From Azolla caroliniana (taxonomy: Eukaryota; Plantae; Polypodiophyta): 64,000 nt of DNA. This document shows, piece after piece, positions 11,801-22,300 of the stretch. Every line of letters begins with the position of its first letter. The first letter of the stretch is position 1. The position numbers and the translations under genes were made by a program. The notes under the pieces were generated by a model, which had not been told where the DNA came from, made no database searches, and saw only the letters and a list, made by a program, of their open reading frames with translations. The stretch spans positions 8,184,001-8,248,000 of the forward strand of contig JBHGNT010000020.1 in NCBI GenBank assembly GCA_043228905.1, written 5' to 3'.

Positions 11801-12877
11801 GACTCCTTCATGACCGACGAAGGGTACCACAAAACGCAGTCTGATCACTGTGTGTTTGTGAAGAAGTTCGAAGGAGGAGACTCTCTAATACTCCTCCTGT
11901 ACGTGGACGACATGTTGATCGTAGGACGGGACCAGGTCAAGATACGGGCGCTGAAGAAAGCGCTTCACCGAACCTTCTCAATGAAGGACCTGGGTCCGGC
12001 GAGGCAAATACTAGGGATGCACATCATCCGAGACCGGAAGAAGAAGCAGTTGTGGCTGTCACAGGAGAAGTACGTGACAAAGGTGCTTCAACGGTTCAAC
12101 ATGTCGGAAGCAAGACCGGTCGGGTCAACCCTCCCGGCAAACTGCAAGTTGTCCAGCAAGCAAAGCCCCAAGACAAAGGCTGAGAAGGAGGACATGATGA
12201 AAGTACCATATGCCTCTGCTGTCGGAAGCTTGATGTACGCAATGGTGTGTACAAGACCAGACATTGGATACGCAGTCGGAGTGGTGAGCCGGTACATGAG
12301 CAATCCCGGCAAAGAGCATTGGAACGCGGTCAAGTGGATACTCCGATACCTGAAGGGCACGTCAAACGTGTGCCTCCGATTCGGCTCCGGTAAGCCCGAA
12401 CTCGACGGCTTCACCGATTCGGATATGTCGGCTGATGCAGATACCAGCCGGTCCACATCAGGGTATGTGATGACCTATGCAGGGGGAGCCGTTTCGTGGC
12501 AGTCGAGGCTGCAGAAGACGGTTGCGTTGTCAACCACGGAGGCGGAGTACATGGCAGCTGTTGAAGCCGGCAAGGAAATAATATGGATGAAGGACTTCAT
12601 TAGAGAGCTCGGGATCCGGCAGGAGGAGTACCGACTCTACTGCGATAGTCAGAGTGCCATCCACCTTGCAAAGAACGCGGCCTACCATTCCCGGACGAAA
12701 CACATCCAGCGTAGATACCACTGGATCCGGGAAAGGATAGAAGACAAGGAGTTCGTGCTGACGAAGATCCACACGGACGAGAACGGGTCGGATATGCTAA
12801 CCAAGGTGCTCACACCCGACAAGCTGGAAGCATGCCGGAAGAGGATCGGGTTGGAGAGACATCCCATGCCGAAGTGA
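8822..12877 (+). CDS. Copia gag-pol polyprotein (about 1351 aa, uninterrupted)
   Basis: Gag, CFHCGKPRHFRKNC knuckle, WVVDSGAS protease, GAG-pre-integrase, HTDVC/RADNGGE integrase, YVDD RT, RNase H ending RTKHI...SDMLTK. Confidence 0.95.
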   Translation: MEGGGSGPPGMMVLNSQNYADWKIKMEDLLIVRDLYEPIDNAEIPKGVIESEWKLLNRKAVVTIRQYVDVSVLQHVANDTNAYEMWKKLSGLYERKNALNRTSLMRKIVNLKYRDDENMVEHVSTFMGFVNQLAAIKFPLEDAMQAIILMCTLPESWENLVVTLSTSCTEDNLSLQTVKTSILNEEARRRDKEPVSDSKALLTESERGRQWNRSPQRREKSGTRSQSRGRPTCFHCGKPRHFRKNCRHYRKDNGADDTDSKKSPERNGAYRGATDRRGSDRRGQDRKGTTALAASEEEIMLITEEGDETTWVVDSGASFHLTPERRYFSSYTAGEHGCVRMGNEGTCRIAGIGDVWLTTSTGCKMLLKDITHVPEVRLNLISAGRLDDEGYTGSIRNGVMKFSKGSLIVARARKVNTLYLMNARLCPEELNVAADTAGELWHKRLCHMSEKGMKRLAEDNLIPVKHVHLEKCTDCLAGKQNRTSFHSRPPTRRSAPLELVHTDVCQVETKSHGGAQYFVTFIDDHSRKLWTAPLKTKDQVLSVFKELHARVERESGKKLKAIRADNGGEYRGQFQEYCRSKGIRLEFTVPKTPELNGLAERMNRTIMERVRSMLAHAKLPKGFWGEAMSTATYVINRSPSVPLDGDTPQKVWTGKEVSYRHLKVFGCLAYVHVAKDRRGKLDPKTRLCIFLGYGDDEFGYRVWDPVDKKIFRSRDIIFMEDKTLADWESEKKMKSSKSTGEDKLYEEQSRPARDRLALEDPAEDGEETEPAEEDENDTGTGPDPEMDSDEEESEEPVTEAPERRYPLRERRAPQRFPEPEHVLLTDEGEPESFEEAKHDTQSRRWLSAMQDEMDSLHENHTYELVELPKGKRALRNKWVFKLKPGDAGNPPRYKARIVVKGFQQKKGVDFDEIFAPVVKMTSIRTVLSIAASMDLEVEQMDVKTAFLHGDLEEEIYMQQPEGFEKKGKEHLVCRLKKSLYGLKQAPRQWYRKFDSFMTDEGYHKTQSDHCVFVKKFEGGDSLILLLYVDDMLIVGRDQVKIRALKKALHRTFSMKDLGPARQILGMHIIRDRKKKQLWLSQEKYVTKVLQRFNMSEARPVGSTLPANCKLSSKQSPKTKAEKEDMMKVPYASAVGSLMYAMVCTRPDIGYAVGVVSRYMSNPGKEHWNAVKWILRYLKGTSNVCLRFGSGKPELDGFTDSDMSADADTSRSTSGYVMTYAGGAVSWQSRLQKTVALSTTEAEYMAAVEAGKEIIWMKDFIRELGIRQEEYRLYCDSQSAIHLAKNAAYHSRTKHIQRRYHWIRERIEDKEFVLTKIHTDENGSDMLTKVLTPDKLEACRKRIGLERHPMPK

Positions 12878-12887
12878 AGGGGGAGTT

Positions 12888-13535
12888 TGTTGGGATTTCG
12901 GTCCCTCCGGATGGGATGTCCGGAGATGAATGACGGCAAGCCCGGAGGCTGTTACGGAACCATATGATGAAGAGTACCCGGCATGAAGCCGGATGAAGAG
13001 TACCCGGCTGCGGATCCGGATGATGAAGACCCCGGTTACGGAGCCGGATGCTGAAGACCCCGGTTACGGAGCCGGATGACGTATGTACCCGGATAGAGAT
13101 CCGGATGCGGAGACATATTTGTGAATATGTTTGCCAAGGGCCCTTGAGGCTATACTTGTAAATAGCCCGAAAGTCATATATGTATAAATATGACTTAGGG
13201 CAAACAGTTTTTGTTGTTGCTTAATTTTCATGCGAAGTGAGAGCAGCCGAGAGAGAGAGAGAGAGAGAGAGACGAAGAGGTCGTTGCCTCTGTGTATTGC
13301 TGCCGCCTGTGGCGAAGACAGTGAGCTCAAGGTTGTTGCCTTGTAGCTTCACCAGTGTACATCCCTGTTCATAGTGATAGTTGGAGTTTGAGGACTCCCG
13401 TGGTTTTTCCCATTTAGGGTTTTCCACGTAAAACATCCAGTGTACCTTTCTCTCTATTGTTTTGTGCATTTTGTATTTCCTGTTTTCTGTGAGTTGATCC
13501 CATTCCTCGGTTGTGGCCGAGCACTGTTTTCAACA
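12888..13535 (+). repeat. Copia 1 3' LTR
   Basis: Preceded by PPT, followed by TSD TTACT. Confidence 0.95.
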
Positions 13536-15393
13536 TTACTTCCGTCAAAACCTTTACAAATCATCGGATCCTTTTATAGGCATCCGGCAAGGTTACAATC
13601 GGTGCGCTTAGGCAACCGGCATCCGAATCGATCCGGATCCGGATTGGTACAACTGTACCGGATCCGTCCCTCCGAATAATAATTCTACTATTATTTACTT
13701 CCTATTATCCGATCCGACTCCGCCTTCCCACTTGTCCTTACTCTTCTGACCGGTCAACAACCCCTATTCGGATCGACGAAGTCCAGGAGCTGGTGGTGGC
13801 GTTGATAGACGACGGCTCAGAGATCAACCTGATGTCCATGGACTTCTACAAGAAGGGGAAGTGGCCCATAACCACCAAGCACGGCTGGAAAATACGTGCG
13901 GCGACATGCGCTACAGAGGAACTGCACGGGGCGTGCCCGAATGTAAGCGTGAAGATTGGGGATGTCGAGATTGACCAACACTTCTTCGTGCAGGAGACAT
14001 CCTCACACCCGGTGATTCTTGGCAAACCATACATCACGGTGGCGTGCATGGAGACCAATGTGCTTGACAACGGTTCAAAAGCCAAGCCGGCATCATTGGC
14101 CGGGAGAAGAAGCGGGTAGAGGAACGACTCAGGACATGCGGAGTCCTCGACCACGATGAGGAAATTAGTGGCGCCGTGGAGGCGGTCTCTTTCGACGACA
14201 CCCTCGGGGAAATCGGAAAGGTGATCGAAGAAGGCCTCGGTGAAGTCCGGATGATTCCGGTTAACTCAGTGGGAATGTACGAAGTCATTGCCGACTTCAG
14301 GGAAAGGGTCAGGTCGGATCGGACGGCCTGCGTGGACACAAGGTACAAGACTGTGGACAAGAAGGTGAGGCCAGTCGCGGCACCCTTACTGGAGGGCAAT
14401 GGGTTACGGATGAAAGGGGTCACTTCGGAGCTGCTGAAGCAAAAGGTGGAGATGGGCATCCTCAAACCGTCGAGTGCCCCATACTCGAATCGGTGGTTTA
14501 CCGTGCCTAAGAAGAATGGCACGTTGCGCTTTATTGAGGACCTGCAACTTGTCAACAAAGTGACCATTTGGAACGCGGGGATCGGGCTGACCATTGACGA
14601 GTTCGCGGAGGCCTTCGCCGGAAGGTCAATTTATTCGGTCAGAGATCTGTACTCGGGGTACGACCGGTTCCAACTAGCTGAAGAAAGCAGGGATATTACG
14701 ACAATGCGGACTCCTCTCAACCTAGTGCGGATGTGTAACCTTCCGCAAGGAGGGACAAACTCGGTAGCGCACATGCTGAATGCAATGAATAAGGTGCTAA
14801 GGGACTGCATTCCGGGCATCACCATGCCTTTTTTGGATGACATTCCGATCAAGGGATGTCCGGTGGAGGATAAGGACGAGACGGTCGGACCGGACGGGTG
14901 TTGGAGATTCGTCTCGGACCACATCGGAGATTGAGAGAAGGTGCTATAGAAGCTCGAAGGCGCACGACTCACCTTCTCTAGGGAGAAGTCGGCTTTCGGA
15001 TAGTCGGAAATCATGGTCATCGGACACCTGTGCGGGCCCTATAGCCGGAAACCGTCTCCCACGAAGGTGGAGGCCATCTCTGCGATGAAGGACGATTGCG
15101 GGTCGGTTACGGAGGTCCGAAGGTTCCTGGGGGCGTGCACGTTCTATCACATCTGGATTCCGCAATACGCACACGTCACGGAGCCACTCTACGGTCTGCT
15201 AAAAAAGGGGCGCAAATTCGAATGGTGCAAGGAGCATACACAGTTGATCCGGAGACTGAAGGAGGTGCTTACTGCGGCACTGGCTCTCCGGAAAGCGGTT
15301 TACAGCAAGGAGGTCCCAATCTACGTAACCATAGATACGAGCCCGACCGGGATAGGATGGGTGATCAATCAGGAGGACGAGAGCGGCACACGG

Positions 15394-18300
15394 TGTGAAA
15401 GTGTTTTTAGAATCTAAGCCATTGAACATTAGGAGAATATAAAGTATAGATAATTCACCTTTTGAGGATAAGAACACGAACTAAGACCTTAGGGAAGAAG
15501 TCAAAAGTAAAAGTACGAGACCAAGAGAAAAGTAAAAAGAGAAAACGCAGACTATAAAAAACAGTAAAAATAGAATGGTCATAACTCCCTTGTTGTTTAT
15601 CCAAATATCACGTTTAAATATGGATTAGAAATCTTGTAAAAAGAGCTTTCTATAGCTTTTTAAATCGCTTAATTTGGATTTCGGATGAGGGAGATATGAC
15701 GATTAGAAGGTTGATGTGTCATAGCTAAAAATAGGGAGATAAAAAGCTTCTAAAAATAGCATGAACGTGGATAAGAAGAGGAAGGTTATAAAAGAAGAAG
15801 TAATATGAGTGAGAAGGGGGCTAAGAGTGAAGGCCAAAGAGTGGATGAGGAGTGTTAGGAAGAAGTGTCTTTGTGGAAGAGGAAGTGTCTTAGAAGAGGA
15901 AGGTCTTTGGTTTTAGTTCAATGTGGAGTTTGTCTCCTTTGTATTCTCTGGATGTTGGAATATCAGAACATTCTTATTTCTTGCTCGCTTTCTCTATCTT
16001 TTTTCTTAGTTTCTTGAGTTATACTCTCCAATCATAATTACCTAGAGCTATATAATATAATATGATTTTCAACTCCATCTAATCGGTTTGGTCAAGCCCT
16101 CATATAGTGTATAACTATCTATTATCTTATACACCCTATCATTTTGGCGCTCCAGGGAGGGCCGATCCTTTCTGTATAGGAAGAGAAGTTATCATTTAAT
16201 TGTGTTACTATATTACATTAACTTAGCTATGCAATTTGCATTTTCGGGTGAAAGAACACAAGATGCTGGTGCCTTTTTGGCATGCTTTGAGCATCATGCC
16301 ATATCTATTGGACGCATCACCGACAACGAAAAGTTGCCCTTGTTGGTAGCTACATTCTATGGTCGTGCTCGAGATTGGTATGACTCTTTTCCGCAAAATG
16401 AACAAGGAGAATATCAATTATTGGTGCATCAATTTCGTACAAGATATATTCAATGGAAAAGTGCAACTGAGGTAAGGGAGGAGCTTTTTCAACTAAAGAT
16501 GGAATCACCTTTTGGTTTTTTAGAGTATGAACGAAATTTCCAAGAATTGTGGACGACGTGGATTCGTCTTCGTGGTGGCACCGAAGACGAGTGGTTTAAG
16601 ATAGAACAATTTAAGGTGGGCCTTGATATGCATTTCCGTTTGGAGGCAAGCTTGAAGGATCCAACGACTTTTCAAGCTCTTCTCCAAGTTTGTCAAGATT
16701 ATGATCGACAAGTGAAGATGATGAGTTCCATGGGGGATCCCCAAATGACGGCTTTGGGTGCAAATTTGATGCCTCGTGCCAACTTTCAAGCCTTATCTTC
16801 AATTGTGCATGGTGGACAAGTGTTTCCAAATGTGTATACCACCACAACAATAAACCCAACAAGTATATCTCAAGAAGTGGAACAAGTGAAGAGTGAACAA
16901 GATACAATGGCGTTGGTGAATCGGCGCTTTGATGAAGTGATGGCCCACTTGCAACAATCCCAAGCAATTCGCAACACTATTCCCGATGGTGGTGGCTCTA
17001 GAGGGCATCAAGGTGTAATTTGTTATTCTTGTCAAGAGGAGGGACACTCAACAAGATGTCCTCATCGACAACAAAGAGGTATGGAAAGAGACATGTATGA
17101 AGTGCAACGGAATGGACAACGACCTATTAACAATGGAGTCGAAGGAGGCGAATCCATAACACTTCCAATGACTCAGGTTCCTACAATTCCTCATAATGTG
17201 AATCTTCTTAATTTTATTGATGATAGTGATAGTGCTTGTGAAGTAGCTCTTGTGAAAAGGACAAGAGCCTCGCAAAAGGAGAAAGAAGTTGAAGGAGAAT
17301 CTAGTGACTCAAGACAAAAGAAGAAGTCTAAGGAGAATGAGAAAGAGGACAAATTGAGAAGGAGACACTCTAGAAGGAAGATAAAGATGGAGGATATTCC
17401 TATGGGAGAAGGTGTAGAATCTTTCAATCGGAAGCATGAATTGATATCGAGTGGACCAAGGATAACATGGCCGCAACTTCTCCAATTATCTCCCACATTA
17501 CGAAAGGAGTGGGGGCGACTTGCAAGTATTCGCCAAAGTCGGAAGACTGTGCATTATGTGGGAATCGTGCGAGTAGAAGATCGAAAGGACATACGACCCA
17601 CCATCCCCGTCTCCATCAAAGGGTTTCACATCAAAGATGCGTTGGTTGATAGTGGTGCTAGAGTAAGCTTGATTTCTGAATTTGTGGTAAACAAAGTAGG
17701 AATTCCTATTAGTAGGTCATCTTCAACAAGGGTGGTTGTAGTAGATAGTGGAGTGGTGCATTGCACAAGCATAGTGGAGGATGTGTTCATCAAGTGTTTT
17801 GGAATAAGAGGAGAAGCTTGCAACAAATACCACATCAACTTGAAGGAAAGTGTATCAATTTCCCCAAAGCTTCGGCAATTGAGTGTTGAACAAAAGGAAG
17901 AATTTATGCAAGAGTTCAACGCATGGTTACAAGAAAGTTCCAATTATAAGATGGAAGATTTGAGGTGTGTGTCACCTATAGTTTTGGTTCCAAAGAAGAA
18001 TGAGATCAATTTCAAAGCCTTGAATGATTCGACCAAACGAGATGAATTTTCACTTCCTTCTCGAGATGAGATTGTCGATAAAATGGTTGTTTATACAAAA
18101 CAAGGTAGTGTGGACAATATGTTGTGCCAAAAAGGATTTCATGTGGATGATTCAAAGATTAACATAATTACAAAGATGACAATTCCGACAAGTCTTGAAG
18201 CTTTGAAAGTATTTGTGCAAAAGGTGCGCTCGCTCGAAAGATTCATTTATATGTTGACATGCTTACTGCTATCAAGAGTGATGTATCCCATGGCCCTACT

Positions 18301-19338
18301 AGTCTTTGGAGCGTTAACGAAGACATAATGATTGTGGTAACCTCTTTCTTTGTGTTGACAAGGAGAAAGATGATGATGGAATTGTCAATGTGTGTGTGGG
18401 TGTGTCTAGGAGTGTGAGGTTTTTCCTACCGATTAGCGGGGGTTTTACTCACATCTTTTTATTTTCTTTTTATTATATCTCTCTCATTGTCTATAGCCAA
18501 GAGATTGGCGAGAGAGCTTTTGTTTGTTAAGTACTGCCAATAAGTGCTTCGCCATAAATGGCTTAGCCTCTAACAAGGGGGAGGGCTAAATGTGAAAGTG
18601 TTTTTAGAATCTAAGCCATTGAACATTAGGAGAATATAAAGTATAGATAATTCACCTTTTGAGGATAAGAACACGAACTAAGACCTTAGGGAAGAAGTCA
18701 AAAGTAAAAGTACGAGACCAAGAGAAAAGTAAAAAGAGAAAACGCAGACTATAAAAAACAGTAAAAATAGAATGGTCATAACTCCCTTGTTGTTTATCCA
18801 AATATCACGTTTAAATATGGATTAGAAATCTTGTAAAAAGAGCTTTCTATAGCTTTTTAAATCGCTTAATTTGGATTTCGGATGAGGGAGATATGACGAT
18901 TAGAAGGTTGATGTGTCATAGCTAAAAATAGGGAGATAAAAAGCTTCTAAAAATAGCATGAACGTGGATAAGAAGAGGAAGGTTATAAAAGAAGAAGTAA
19001 TATGAGTGAGAAGGGGGCTAAGAGTGAAGGCCAAAGAGTGGATGAGGAGTGTTAGGAAGAAGTGTCTTTGTGGAAGAGGAAGTGTCTTAGAAGAGGAAGG
19101 TCTTTGGTTTTAGTTCAATGTGGAGTTTGTCTCCTTTGTATTCTCTGGATGTTGGAATATCAGAACATTCTTATTTCTTGCTCGCTTTCTCTATCTTTTT
19201 TCTTAGTTTCTTGAGTTATACTCTCCAATCATAATTACCTAGAGCTATATAATATAATATGATTTTCAACTCCATCTAATCGGTTTGGTCAAGCCCTCAT
19301 ATAGTGTATAACTATCTATTATCTTATACACCCTATCA
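15394..19338 (+). mobile_element. Non-autonomous 3.9-kb LTR element (TR-GAG-like) encoding Gag-PR-RT remnant
   Basis: 748-bp LTRs 15394-16141 and 18591-19338 with no differences seen by eye. TSD CACGG. PBS-like TGGCGCTCCAGGGAGGG 16145-16161. PPT 18575-18585. Confidence 0.93.
16229..18328 (+). CDS. Gag + zinc knuckle + aspartic protease + internally deleted RT remnant, single open frame
   Basis: Gag-like N-terminus, CYSCQEEGHSTRC, ALVDSGA, then VSPIVLVPKKN and FKALNDSTKRDEFSLP. No YxDD, RNase H or integrase. Confidence 0.85.
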   Translation: MQFAFSGERTQDAGAFLACFEHHAISIGRITDNEKLPLLVATFYGRARDWYDSFPQNEQGEYQLLVHQFRTRYIQWKSATEVREELFQLKMESPFGFLEYERNFQELWTTWIRLRGGTEDEWFKIEQFKVGLDMHFRLEASLKDPTTFQALLQVCQDYDRQVKMMSSMGDPQMTALGANLMPRANFQALSSIVHGGQVFPNVYTTTTINPTSISQEVEQVKSEQDTMALVNRRFDEVMAHLQQSQAIRNTIPDGGGSRGHQGVICYSCQEEGHSTRCPHRQQRGMERDMYEVQRNGQRPINNGVEGGESITLPMTQVPTIPHNVNLLNFIDDSDSACEVALVKRTRASQKEKEVEGESSDSRQKKKSKENEKEDKLRRRHSRRKIKMEDIPMGEGVESFNRKHELISSGPRITWPQLLQLSPTLRKEWGRLASIRQSRKTVHYVGIVRVEDRKDIRPTIPVSIKGFHIKDALVDSGARVSLISEFVVNKVGIPISRSSSTRVVVVDSGVVHCTSIVEDVFIKCFGIRGEACNKYHINLKESVSISPKLRQLSVEQKEEFMQEFNAWLQESSNYKMEDLRCVSPIVLVPKKNEINFKALNDSTKRDEFSLPSRDEIVDKMVVYTKQGSVDNMLCQKGFHVDDSKINIITKMTIPTSLEALKVFVQKVRSLERFIYMLTCLLLSRVMYPMALLVFGALTKT

Positions 19339-22300
19339 CACGGTTCCCGATCCGGTTTGGGGCGAAGGTTCTCAGTGAGTGACAACGAGGATACGCCCAA
19401 GTTAAGCGCGAACTGTGGGGTATCGTTTCGGCGGTGAAGACCGATAAAGACTACTTGATAGGGATAGAAGTAATCATCGAGACAGACTGTCTACCGATCC
19501 TCGATATGGTTTCCGAATGCGCGACTCCGGACCTCGCGATGCTCAGGTGGATCGCGTACATTAAGTCCCTGGATCCGGAGATATGACACATCTCCGGAAA
19601 GGACAACACCATGGCCGATATGCTTTCTAGAGCGCGGTTCGACGACAAGAACAACATGGTTTCAGAGGACGAAGAAGTCGGTGTAGACTTCTTCGAGTCG
19701 GCTCGCGTAGCGACAAGGGCAAGGAACACTCTGGTGCTTAACGAGTTCAGCGAGAGCGAGTATGACGGGGAGTGGCTCCAGATTGGAAGGTTCCTGAGGA
19801 CAATGATGCCGGACGCGGCATGGACTAGAGAGGAGGCTAACCTGATCCGGAAGAAAGTGTATCGATTCTTCCTACGGGACGGAAGTATATGGAAGCTCCC
19901 AAAGAAGCGAGGCGGTGTTCCAGTCCGCGTAGTGGCGAGAAAGGACGAGCAGGATGAGTTGTTAGCAGCGTACCACAAGAGTCCTTGGGCCAGACACCGC
20001 GGGACTTGGGCCACATTCGAGAAACTGAGAGAGAAATATTGGTGGTCGGGGCTGTACCGGGATGTGTACCAGTTTGTGACGACGTGCGAAAGCTGTCAGC
20101 TGCACTCCACAATCCGACATCGAGATGAGCTACACCCAACCTACCCGCCAACCGTCCATTTCAAGTGGATGGTAGACTTAGTAACTATGCCGATGGGGGT
20201 AGGGCATATGCGGTACCTTGTGCTTGCGCGGGAGGATTTGACGAACCAGGTGCAGGGCCCCGCACTGCAGAACAAGACGACTGCGGCGGTGTGCCAGTTC
20301 CTAATTGAGGAGGTGGTGTGTCAGTACGGGTGCGTAGGGAAGATCGTAGCGGATCGTGGGGAACTGGATGCATAGGAGGCCGAAGAACTGTTTGAACGGT
20401 TAGGGGTTAAACTCTCGCTCACCACGGCATACAATCCGAAGGCAAATGGGAAGGTGGAACGTGGACATGGGCCAATCGTAAAGGCGTTGGTACGGGCCTG
20501 CGGAGGCCAGGTCAGGAATTGGCCGTGGCTCCTACCCTACGCATTGTGTGCAAACCGAACTACGCACAACTCAGTAACCAGGTTCATGCCGGCGGAGTTG
20601 ATGTATGGGAAGAAGTCGATCATGCCGATGGAGAGGACAATCTCCTCGTGGGCCATGGTGGACTGGAGAGATGAGATGAGCCGAGAAGAGTTGTTAGTAG
20701 CGCGAATCCAACAACTCGAGCAAAGACCGGAGGGCGTGGAACGAGCAAAGGCAAAGCTGCAAATGGCAAGGGAGAGGAACAAAGGCTGGTTCGACCGGAC
20801 ACGCCAACTGCGGCCAAAGAAGATCAAGGAAGGCGACTGGGTGTTGGTGTACGACAGTAGCCTCGACAATCAGCACAGGGCGGTGCGGAAATTTGCAAGG
20901 AGATGGTTCGGGCCCTACGACGTGACAAGCACTAACGACAATGGCACGTACCATCTCTCGGAGTTTGACGGGACGCGGCTAACAGTACCGGTAGCCGGGA
21001 AGCGGATCAAGGAGTTCAAGAAGCAGCACGAGGACGAGCCGAACCTAGGGAGCGAGGACGACGATGGCGATCGGTTCGGAGAGGATGAAGGATCGGGGAG
21101 CAATGAGTAGAGGCAAGCCGGTTTCTCCAGTAATTGTTCCTCTCCGGCACATACTAGTGGATGTGCAGTTTGGTGGGGGTGGATGTCGTGGAGAAAACCG
21201 GCCATAGGAGGAAACGGGGTGGAAAAGACGCATGAACCGACCTATACGCGTGGCTGCACTATTTATTAAGTTGTACATAACTAGGTCTGATTCAACTGAT
21301 GTAAGTATACTAGGTAGTACAAATTAATTGTCTAGGGAAAACAAGCATATCTCTGTCCGACATGACAGAGGGTAAATGTATGTAGCTGAGGGTGTAACAG
21401 TCTTCCGAGGCGGCCTATAAAAGGGAGGGGAAAAGACTGAGAGAGGGATTAGACATTTTGGAGAGGACGAAGTGTTGTCGGACTGGGAACCGTGCTCTTT
21501 TCTCCATCATCGTTGTTGCTTCGGTTAAGTTCGTTGCCTCTGTTGTGTGAAAGTACGAGTGCTTGAAGCTTTTCCATTAAACCTTCATCTCATTTTCTGT
21601 TGCTATCCGGCTGAGCCGGTTCTGTCTGACGCTTCCGCACATTAACATTCACATGGTATCAAAGCGTGAGGGTTGAAAACCTCTGTAGCTGACATTTGCT
21701 TCCGTAGACAAACCCTAGATCCCGGTAACAACAGATAGAGAGAAGATATGGACAGAGGAATGGCGAGTTCACTTCCAACAGAGAAGCTCGACTGGAGCAA
21801 CTATGCATCCTGGTCATATAAAATGCACCAATACCTGTTGGGGCATGGATATTGGGGCTTCATGGAAGGAACAAGTGAAGTAGCACCGGAGCCGTCACAC
21901 AAAGACTTCTCGGTATGGGAGCAAGGAACGAGTCGGGTACTCTACTGTCTCGTGTCCGGTGTGCATGATCAAATGCTCAACTACATTAAGGATGCAAAGA
22001 CGCCGAAGGAGGCCTGGGAAAATCTAAGGAAGATTTTCGCTGCAAGTACCACAGCTTGTAAGTTGCAGCTCTGGCAAGAGTTGAACAACATCCGGCACAG
22101 AGACATGTCGGTTACAGACTACACCACCAAGATAAAGGAGATTTGCGACTCACTCGGGTCCCTCAACGTGACGGTGGACGAAGACGAGATGGTACAAATC
22201 TGCTTCGGTGGTCTAGCGCAAAGGTACGGGCCAATCCGGACAGCAATCTGCACCCAGGAGAAACCACCGTCCTTCTTCGACTTGCACTCGCAAGTGGGTC

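Larger units (their letters stand above)
8063..13535 (+). mobile_element. Full-length, very young Ty1/Copia element 1 (Tork/Tnt1-like)
   Basis: 648-bp LTRs 8063-8710 and 12888-13535 (TG...CA, about one substitution seen). TSD TTACT (8058-8062/13536-13540). PBS TGGTATCAGAGC 8794-8805. PPT 12878-12885. Intact ORF. Confidence 0.97.
1..13759 (-). mobile_element. Ty3/Gypsy non-chromovirus LTR retrotransposon A (3' end beyond window; 5' LTR interrupted by Copia 1)
   Basis: Minus-strand order gag-PR-RT-RH-INT plus extra ORF. LTR reads TGTTG(7892)...CAACA(13759) once Copia 1 and its TSD are removed. PBS adjacent to LTR. Confidence 0.9.
13760..21559 (+). mobile_element. Degenerate Gypsy B (Ylt1-like): PR-RT-RH-INT and truncated 3' LTR, interrupted by the Gag-PR element
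   Basis: ALIDDGSEINL protease, YKTVDKKVRPV, YSNRWFTVPKKNG, LPQGGTNSV, PFLDDIPIKG, IDTSPTGIG RNase H, integrase 19611-21110. G-rich PPT, then LTR starting TGTCGTGGAG at 21184. Many stops. Confidence 0.85.
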
